Below are positions 57,268 through 64,000 of a stretch of 64,000 nt of DNA, in pieces. Numbering within the stretch: the stretch's first letter is position 1; every line of letters begins with the position of its first letter. Source of the stretch: Candidatus Latescibacterota bacterium (GTDB lineage: Bacteria; Latescibacterota; UBA2968); contig OZ242311.1 in NCBI GenBank assembly GCA_965207885.1, positions 4,160,001 through 4,224,000 of the forward strand, written 5' to 3'. The notes under the pieces are model-generated. The model had not been told where the DNA came from. It ran no database searches and saw only the letters and a list, made by a program, of their open reading frames with translations. Made by a program: the position numbers and the translations under genes.

Positions 57268-58683
57268 ATGCTCAAAAAATTAGACAACTTCAAAACAGCC
57301 GTTCTGCCCGAGCGCAAATTTGGCTTCTGGCAAATGGCGGGACCGGGTGCCATCCTGGTCGGGCTGTCCATCGGCGCAGGCGAGATCATTGTGTGGCCTC
57401 TTGTAGTCGCTGAATATGGGGCGAGTATGATCTGGGCTGCGGTACTCGGTGTGTTTTTGCAAATGTGGATCAACTTTGAGGTCGGGCGATGGACAATAGC
57501 CACGGGCGAGACAGTATATACGGGATTTGCGCGTGTGTGGCGCGGCTTTGCACCACTATTTATTTTAATCACATTATTCTCCTGGATCGCCCCGGGATGG
57601 GGACGCGCTTCGGGATTAGCCCTCAAAGCTCTGCTCGTCGGTCCTTATGGTTGGGGCTCGGATACATTTTGGACCGTGATTACATTTATCGGCGTCGCAC
57701 TAATTTTATTTGGCCCCAAGCTCATTTACAATTCAATGGAAAAAGCCGTTGAACTGATGGTGGCGATTGTCACCATAGGATTAATTATGGTGGCTTTTGC
57801 CGTGAGCACGGCAGAAACGTGGATCGACCTGGGAAAAGGAATCGCGAACATCGGTTACAAAGATCCAAATATGTCCGTAAAGGCACTATTCATCGCCATC
57901 GTATTTGCCGGAGCTGGGGGAACAGCAAATTTGTTTTACACCTTTTATTTGCGCGATAAACACATCGGCATGGGCGCACATGTGCCAATCATGCAAAATC
58001 CATTGCGGAGCCGCGCAGAAGCCATACCGTCAACCGGATTTGTATTTGAAGACACAGAAGAAAACGCGACGAGGTTCAAGGCGTGGTGGGATTATATAAA
58101 AAAAGATCAGATGTTGTTTTTCTGGGGATTAAACTCCATTACAATGATGTTATTCATCTTTGGATCCCTCGCAGTCCTGCATCCCCAGGGCATCGTGCCT
58201 GCGCAAGGCACGCTGATTTGGGACGAAGCCGCTATTCTGGGCGAAATTTGGGGCGACATGGGCCGCGTGATCTTTCTCCTGGTGGGGCTGGCAACGCTAT
58301 TTGGCACACAACTCGCCCTCGTGGATGGGGTCTCGCGATCAATAGCAGACATTGTATATACCAATTTTAAGGGCGCGCAAAAACGAGAACTGAGCTGGTG
58401 GTATCTTCTCGTCGCGGGAATATGGATTGTGGCAGGATGTGTGATCACTTTTGTGATGGAACAATACGGTGTAAGTGAGTTGGGCTTTCTATTCAATGCG
58501 GCCTATATGGGCGGATTTGCCATGGCGATTTACGTGCCACTGATGCTATACATCAATTATCGCTACTTGCCAAAAACCGCCCAACCTGGCAAAGGGTGTA
58601 CCGCGATGATGGTAATTGCATCACTGGTATATGTAGTATTTGCCATAGCCTGTATTTTGTGGGAAGTGGGTATTTTGGCTTAA
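57268..58683 (+). CDS. Nramp-related APC-superfamily membrane transporter
   Basis: 'GPGAILVGLSIGAGE...WP','EVGRWTIATGE'; about 11 TM segments. Confidence 0.8.
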   Translation: MLKKLDNFKTAVLPERKFGFWQMAGPGAILVGLSIGAGEIIVWPLVVAEYGASMIWAAVLGVFLQMWINFEVGRWTIATGETVYTGFARVWRGFAPLFILITLFSWIAPGWGRASGLALKALLVGPYGWGSDTFWTVITFIGVALILFGPKLIYNSMEKAVELMVAIVTIGLIMVAFAVSTAETWIDLGKGIANIGYKDPNMSVKALFIAIVFAGAGGTANLFYTFYLRDKHIGMGAHVPIMQNPLRSRAEAIPSTGFVFEDTEENATRFKAWWDYIKKDQMLFFWGLNSITMMLFIFGSLAVLHPQGIVPAQGTLIWDEAAILGEIWGDMGRVIFLLVGLATLFGTQLALVDGVSRSIADIVYTNFKGAQKRELSWWYLLVAGIWIVAGCVITFVMEQYGVSELGFLFNAAYMGGFAMAIYVPLMLYINYRYLPKTAQPGKGCTAMMVIASLVYVVFAIACILWEVGILA

Positions 58684-58697
58684 AAAGGAAGGGACCA

Positions 58698-59783
58698 ATG
58701 GACAGACGCAAACGCTTCTTCTCGCCTTATGAATCTATTTTTGCGTGGATGCGGGCGACAAAATCCGAACTAACTTTTGATGGACAGACTGTGGATGACT
58801 GGCGTCTGTGGCGTCGAAAATTCCGCGCGCGATTGACGAAAAATCTGGGACCAATGCCAGAACGCGTGCCCCTTCGGGCAGAAGTGCTACGCCGGGACGA
58901 CATGGGCGATTACGTGCGCGAAAAAGTCGCGTTTGACACAGAGCAGTTTGCCAGTGTCCCCGCATTTGTACTGGTGCCAAAGGGACTGAAGCGCGGCGAA
59001 AAGCGTCCGGGGATTCTGGCGGCACACGGCCATGGAATAGGCAAAAATCCACTCGTGGGTTTGGACGCAGATGAAAAGCCACACGAGGATTATCAGAAGC
59101 AGTTGGGTATCCAACTCGTGCAGCGAGGCTATGTGGTCATCGCACCGGATTGGCGCGGATTTGGCGAGCGGATGAGCCCCGAAGATTGGGTGCGCCAAAC
59201 GCGCGACAAGTGCAACGTAAATTACATGGCAGAAGGGTATCGCGGATATCACCTTTTGGCATTGCAAATCTGGGATGGGTTTCGCACACTGGATTATTTA
59301 CAGGCGCGCCGAGAAGTGAATGAAAAGCGAATCGGGTGTTTGGGCGTGTCATTTGGCGGCACAATGACGACCTATTTGACCGCTCTGGATCAGCGGATCA
59401 AATGCGCGTGTATCAGCGGATATCTCAGCACATTGCGAGAAGGCGCGATGCCCGGAAGAGCAAATTTTTGCGGTGCGCAATATATGCCGGGGTTGATGGC
59501 GATCGGCGATATTTCCGATGTTGCGGGTTTGATCGCGCCACGACCTCTGGTCGTGGAGATGGGCGAACGCGATCCGGGCTTTCAAATCGCAGATGCTGAA
59601 CGGGCATTTCGCCACCTGTCAAAAATCTATCGCGCGGCAGATGCACGCGATCAGTTGGTAAAAGATCGATTTGATGGGGTCCACGAATTTAGTGGCCACA
59701 AGTGTTTGGATATATTTGATAAATATCTGCATGGTACACGACAAAACTTAAATTGTTTTAAACAGTGGCGGATTACTCAGTAA
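58698..59783 (+). CDS. Alpha/beta hydrolase (dienelactone hydrolase-like); C-terminus altered by IS insertion
   Basis: 'HGHG','GVSFGG' nucleophile elbow, 'LIAPRPL','GVHEF'. Confidence 0.88.
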   Translation: MDRRKRFFSPYESIFAWMRATKSELTFDGQTVDDWRLWRRKFRARLTKNLGPMPERVPLRAEVLRRDDMGDYVREKVAFDTEQFASVPAFVLVPKGLKRGEKRPGILAAHGHGIGKNPLVGLDADEKPHEDYQKQLGIQLVQRGYVVIAPDWRGFGERMSPEDWVRQTRDKCNVNYMAEGYRGYHLLALQIWDGFRTLDYLQARREVNEKRIGCLGVSFGGTMTTYLTALDQRIKCACISGYLSTLREGAMPGRANFCGAQYMPGLMAIGDISDVAGLIAPRPLVVEMGERDPGFQIADAERAFRHLSKIYRAADARDQLVKDRFDGVHEFSGHKCLDIFDKYLHGTRQNLNCFKQWRITQ

Positions 59784-60927
59784 ACGAATGCATATGAGGA
59801 ACTGTTGGGTTTGTTGGTTTATATTGAGCAGGACATACTGCAAATAGTCCAACCCATATCGGAAGAGACTTTTCTCCATCCGCCCGTGATTTTTGATCGT
59901 CAAAGGATTTGTTTTTGCTATCCATTCGCCGATGATATGCGCCCAGATGCAGGCAATGGCCAAAAGCGCGATGAGTTTCTCAATGCGGTCTTGATGTATA
60001 AGATGGGTCTCTTCCAGATTAAATCCTCGACTTTTAAGATTGGCAAAAAGGACTTCAATGCCCCATCGTTTTTTATAGGTATCCAATGCGGCTTGACCTT
60101 TTTGGTTGCTGGCAAGAATGAGGTATTGGTCCTTCAATCTTAGTGCAGACAGATATACAGGCAGGTCATAAACGCGGTGGCGTTTGCACAAGTTGACCTG
60201 CTGATGGATATTAAGATTTTCAAACCGTTTTCTTATGGGGATCTCTCTACCGCCTGATGAGACAAGAGCGTTTTCCTTGATGCGAATAACAAAGGGTATA
60301 TTTTGTGTGTCTAACCACCTAAACCATTCTCTTCCAATAAATTCTCTGTCTGCGACGACAACGCGGATATGCGATTTGCAGATGCAGTTGAGCATTTCTT
60401 GCATCAAATGGATACGCTCATCACTATTGGAATTGCCCCGTTTTTTTAACAAGTGCCAACAGATAGGAAAGGCGACCCCTTCATAGATAATGCCTGCGGT
60501 TAGGATGTTGATATTGAATTTTCCCAACTTCCAATTGGTGCGATCTATTGAGACTATAAAATCCGACTTTATAGGTAATAAGTGCAAGATCAATTGTCTC
60601 ACACACGCATAGGGTAAGGCAAAGTGGGCAAAGAAGCGTTGGATACGACGATAATTAGATTTCTGCTTGACGGTTCCATTGAGTGCGTTTGCCAGTTTCA
60701 TAAAATTGACGCTACGCAATTTTATCAGCGACAATATGAACGCAGCGGTAAACGTTATTCGGGCTTTATGCCAGTGAAAATATCCTTGCATAATCGTTTG
60801 AAGTTCAATAGTTTCAGGAGACATAGACCTGTGCCTTGTTAAGATGAGAAAGGTTTGTCTTGGGACATTCAAACCTAACTCTTTTTAGCTTTTTTCACAG
60901 GTCTTTTATTTTTTGTCGTGTACTATG
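59730..60927 (-). mobile_element. IS4-family insertion sequence, copy 2 (1198 bp)
   Basis: Same IRs as copy 1; 9-bp target duplication AAATATCTG (59721-59729, 60928-60936). Confidence 0.95.
59748..60824 (-). CDS. IS4-family DDE transposase
   Basis: Translation identical to that of copy 1. Confidence 0.93.
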   Translation of the reverse strand: MSPETIELQTIMQGYFHWHKARITFTAAFILSLIKLRSVNFMKLANALNGTVKQKSNYRRIQRFFAHFALPYACVRQLILHLLPIKSDFIVSIDRTNWKLGKFNINILTAGIIYEGVAFPICWHLLKKRGNSNSDERIHLMQEMLNCICKSHIRVVVADREFIGREWFRWLDTQNIPFVIRIKENALVSSGGREIPIRKRFENLNIHQQVNLCKRHRVYDLPVYLSALRLKDQYLILASNQKGQAALDTYKKRWGIEVLFANLKSRGFNLEETHLIHQDRIEKLIALLAIACIWAHIIGEWIAKTNPLTIKNHGRMEKSLFRYGLDYLQYVLLNINQQTQQFLICIRLLSNPPLFKTI

Positions 60928-60993
60928 AAATATCTGAAGGAATAAGACAGCATATCGCGGTTTTCTTCCCTATTGATTTGCCGGGAGATCTTT

Positions 60994-62145
60994 ATGCCCA
61001 GAGAGCCAGAAGCATCGTGGGAAAATGGGATTCGCAGCGTACGCCGCGATGAAATGGGGCGTTTGTGTCAGCTACTCGACAACGTATTTTTTGAGGGGCT
61101 GTCAGATATGCAACCACACGCCTTCAACGACGATAATATGCACAATTTGCGCGTGGTCGTAGAAAACGGCGAAGTCGTATCACACATCGGCACAATTCGG
61201 CGGGACATATCCATTATGGGATGCACACTCCGCGTAGCGTCTCTGGGAGGGGTGGCGACTTACGAAGCCCATCGGGGTAAGGGCCATGCCACAGAACTCT
61301 TGCGAGATACCATGCATCACTGCCGCAAAGATGGCGTGGATTATATCCTGGTATCGGGATATCGCAACATGTACCACCGATATGGGTGTCGATATGTGGG
61401 CCGAGACTGGATATATCACATCGAGCATGAGCGGGCAAACGATTTTGACGATACAACCTGGACGATAACACAGGCATCAAAAGCAGATGTCGAAACAATT
61501 GGAGCCATTTACCGGCGTGAACCCGTACGCTGGTTGCGTCCGCCTTCGGATATCGCCTTTGGCATAGATGGATGGGTGCAGAACCGCCCGGCAAAAACCT
61601 ATCTGATCCATCGGGGTGATCAACCCGTTGCTTTTGGAGTTATACAACAGGCACGCGAACGAGATGCAGGACAAGTGTACTTGCTCGATTACGCGGGTGA
61701 GCGGTCTGCAATCGTCGGCGCATTGGGCAAATTTATCGACAATCAGCATTTGAATCAGTTGTCTTTGCACGTCAAGAGATTCGACACCGTATTGCGCGGC
61801 CTGCTCGAAGCGCGCGATTTGACTAGTGAACCAGCCAATCTGCCCGGCACGACCATGATCATTCACTTTGAACAGTTGCTCGAAAAAATGCGCCCCTATT
61901 TTGTCGAGCGCGTCGGAGAACACGCTGCCCAGGGGTTGGTATTTCGGGAAGTGGGTGATGAATATCACATCTACTACGGCGGCGACCGCGTGGTCGCCGA
62001 AAGCCGAGGTGCAGTGGCACAGCTAATTTTTGGAACCCTGGAAGAAACCGAGAACGCGATGTTAGATGCAGGCGGACGCGCTGGCGAGATCTTGCGCGCC
62101 TGCTTGCCGATCCCCGGGGTTTGGTACGGGGTGAATCATCTCTGA
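60994..62145 (+). CDS. GNAT acetyltransferase, Eis-like
   Basis: 'LGGVATYEAHRGKGHA' motif A, 'MYHRYG'; tandem GNAT-sized protein. Confidence 0.8.
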   Translation: MPREPEASWENGIRSVRRDEMGRLCQLLDNVFFEGLSDMQPHAFNDDNMHNLRVVVENGEVVSHIGTIRRDISIMGCTLRVASLGGVATYEAHRGKGHATELLRDTMHHCRKDGVDYILVSGYRNMYHRYGCRYVGRDWIYHIEHERANDFDDTTWTITQASKADVETIGAIYRREPVRWLRPPSDIAFGIDGWVQNRPAKTYLIHRGDQPVAFGVIQQARERDAGQVYLLDYAGERSAIVGALGKFIDNQHLNQLSLHVKRFDTVLRGLLEARDLTSEPANLPGTTMIIHFEQLLEKMRPYFVERVGEHAAQGLVFREVGDEYHIYYGGDRVVAESRGAVAQLIFGTLEETENAMLDAGGRAGEILRACLPIPGVWYGVNHL

Positions 62146-62258
62146 GTTCGCCAAATAACTGCTCCGCATCTCAAACTTTATTTTATCTTGCTATCTATTA
62201 TTGTGTGCCTTATACTTACGGTGCACATCGGATACTCACAAACAGTAAGGATATTTTC

Positions 62259-62666
62259 ATGACCGCTCCAGATGGTGATTCCGCAGATATACTCTATGAG
62301 CAAGTCCTCGATAATGCGCGTCGGGAAATTGAAGGTGCATTGACTATAATAGAAGAATTGCGCCAATCAATCCGTCAGGTGGAAGCTCGAGTTGAAGCCG
62401 CCCAATCGATTTATAACGCCGTTACCGCGAGATTGAATCTGGAAGATGAACTGGCCGAAGAAGAAATACACCTGGACACCCTACCACCTGTTGAGCCACC
62501 TGGAGTAGCTTCAGAACCGTCGCTACCATCCAAGCCGCCCGAACCGGAAGAACCCCTGGAGGTCAATGAGGCAGAATCCCCCTCCGAACAAGAGGATGCG
62601 CCAGTGCTCTCTGAGGCTGAGCGCGCGCTTATCAGTGAACATCTGCTATCAAAGCGCAGAGGATAA
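62259..62666 (+). CDS. Hypothetical coiled-coil protein with an acidic Pro-rich tail
   Basis: AAGGA RBS; heptad-like 'ARREIEGALTIIEELRQSIRQVEARVEAA'. Confidence 0.55.
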   Translation: MTAPDGDSADILYEQVLDNARREIEGALTIIEELRQSIRQVEARVEAAQSIYNAVTARLNLEDELAEEEIHLDTLPPVEPPGVASEPSLPSKPPEPEEPLEVNEAESPSEQEDAPVLSEAERALISEHLLSKRRG

Positions 62667-62689
62667 GCACCTACATACTTATCATTAAC

Positions 62690-62735
62690 AGAACAGGGCT
62701 TCGCATCTTGCAGAACTCCCTGTTCTTTGTATTTT
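62690..62735 (+). terminator. Possible terminator
   Basis: AGAACAGGG...CCCTGTTCT followed by a T-rich stretch. Confidence 0.45.
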
Positions 62736-62783
62736 AGGGGATGGATTTTAGAAAATGCAAACACGCCAATCGAAGGAATTTTT

Positions 62784-64000
62784 ATGAGCATGTGTGACAC
62801 GGAGAAATCCGTTGACGAGATGGACGCCCGGGAACGGGCACGCTATATTGACGATCTGACGCCCAGAGGTGGTTTATATACCGAAGTACAGCGCGAGGTA
62901 CATCCCCAGTCGAACAGCTCGTGGCGCGTATCGCCCGACCCGTGGTGGCTGCCGCCCCCAGTTCTATCACACCTTGAGGCATTGGGGCAGCATCTCTATC
63001 AGTTTTACAAAGCACTGAATCTATTGTATTCGCAAAGTATGAGGGGCATTCAGCCCGCATGGATTGCGCGGTATCTGGACCAGGGCAAATCTGAAGAAGT
63101 GATCAAATTTGGGCAAATGAGCCGATTCAAAAGCCATGTTCCCCTCGTAATTCGGCCCGATGTGATACCCACGCGAGCGGGAATGATTGCGACGGAATTG
63201 GATTCCGTGCCCGGTGGGATTGGATTTACGGCGAGCCTGGCCGAACGATATGCCACACTCGGCGATCAAATTGTGGGCGGTGCGAACGGGATGGTCACTG
63301 GATTTGCACAGATGATCCGTGACGTTGCCAGCACAGAAGCACCTGTTTTGGGCATAGTGGTCTCGGAAGAAGCATCGGCTTATCGGCCCGAAATGTCGTA
63401 TTTGAGCGACCGATTGAATGCCATTGGTCTGGAAACTCATGTCATTGGTCCCGAAGAAGTATCTTTTGTCGAAGATGGACTATTTGTCAATGGGGCAAAT
63501 GGTCGCCAGCGCATAGATGTGATATACAGGTTTTTTGAATTATTCGATTTGCGAAATCTGCCCCAAATCGATTTAATTTTTTACGCGGTACGCAAAGGCC
63601 TCGTCAAGCTCACACCCCCCTTAAAAGCGTATCACGAAGAAAAAATGATGATGGCGCTGTTTCACCATCCCCTGTTATCGGATTTCTGGCATCGACATTT
63701 GGGCAAAAAATCCGTGGCCTTTTTGCGGCAAACCTTTCCCAAGACGTGGGTCTTAGACCCCGCGCCTTTGCCCCCCCATGGCGTTATTGCGGGATTGGAA
63801 ATCGATGGGCAATCCTTTTCAGATTGGCGTGCGTTGGGGCACCTGGGACAAAAACACCGGCAACTGGTCATCAAACCCTCGGGATATTCCGAAATGGCCT
63901 GGGGCAGTCGCGGTGTAGCCATTGGGCACGACATGGCCGAACGAGATTGGCAAGGCGTGATCGACGAAGCGCTATGCGCTTTTGAACAAACACCCCATAT
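62784..64000 (+). CDS. Partial ORF running off the window, probable circularly permuted ATP-grasp-like ligase
   Basis: Hand translation: MSMCDTEK...SWRVSPDPW...IRPDVIP...TELDSVPGGIG...IYRFFELFDL...EEK...VIKPSGYSEMAWGSRGV; absent from the ORF track because it has no stop. Confidence 0.65.
   Translation, partial: MSMCDTEKSVDEMDARERARYIDDLTPRGGLYTEVQREVHPQSNSSWRVSPDPWWLPPPVLSHLEALGQHLYQFYKALNLLYSQSMRGIQPAWIARYLDQGKSEEVIKFGQMSRFKSHVPLVIRPDVIPTRAGMIATELDSVPGGIGFTASLAERYATLGDQIVGGANGMVTGFAQMIRDVASTEAPVLGIVVSEEASAYRPEMSYLSDRLNAIGLETHVIGPEEVSFVEDGLFVNGANGRQRIDVIYRFFELFDLRNLPQIDLIFYAVRKGLVKLTPPLKAYHEEKMMMALFHHPLLSDFWHRHLGKKSVAFLRQTFPKTWVLDPAPLPPHGVIAGLEIDGQSFSDWRALGHLGQKHRQLVIKPSGYSEMAWGSRGVAIGHDMAERDWQGVIDEALCAFEQTPH

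Overview
64-kb bacterial chromosome segment. The FlgD-Ig tails, paired EF-hand/dockerin-like modules, internalin-type LRRs, cadherin/FN3 domains and sulfatases resemble host-associated FCB-type bacteria such as Latescibacterota (inference only). The left end (1-6.7 kb) is a defence island: the tail of a probable type IIG R-M enzyme, toxin-antitoxin remnants, higBA, and a divergent CapH/CapP-like regulator pair facing a complete type III CBASS operon (CD-NTase, HORMA, Trip13 ATPase, SLATT-like 2TM effector) with a long structured leader. 6.8-17 kb holds mostly housekeeping genes, an orphan McrC-like DUF2357 nuclease and an IS4 copy. 17-29 kb is an accessory surface-protein island with duplicated/decayed AraC regulators, an XRE regulator with a sigma-54 site, a structured 5' leader, and cohesin-like/dockerin-like exported proteins, one carrying an LRR array with an invariant framework and shuffled variable cassettes. 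29-36 kb is a patatin-Omp85/Omp85/DUF4956/SdiA-regulated cluster. The rest is core genome: sulfatases, glyA with a ZTP riboswitch, priA, maf, dtd, lptD-like, tRNA-Leu, lysA, glpD, plus an IS5 and a second IS4 copy that rewrote a host gene's C-terminus. All calls are from motif recognition by eye; no searches were run.
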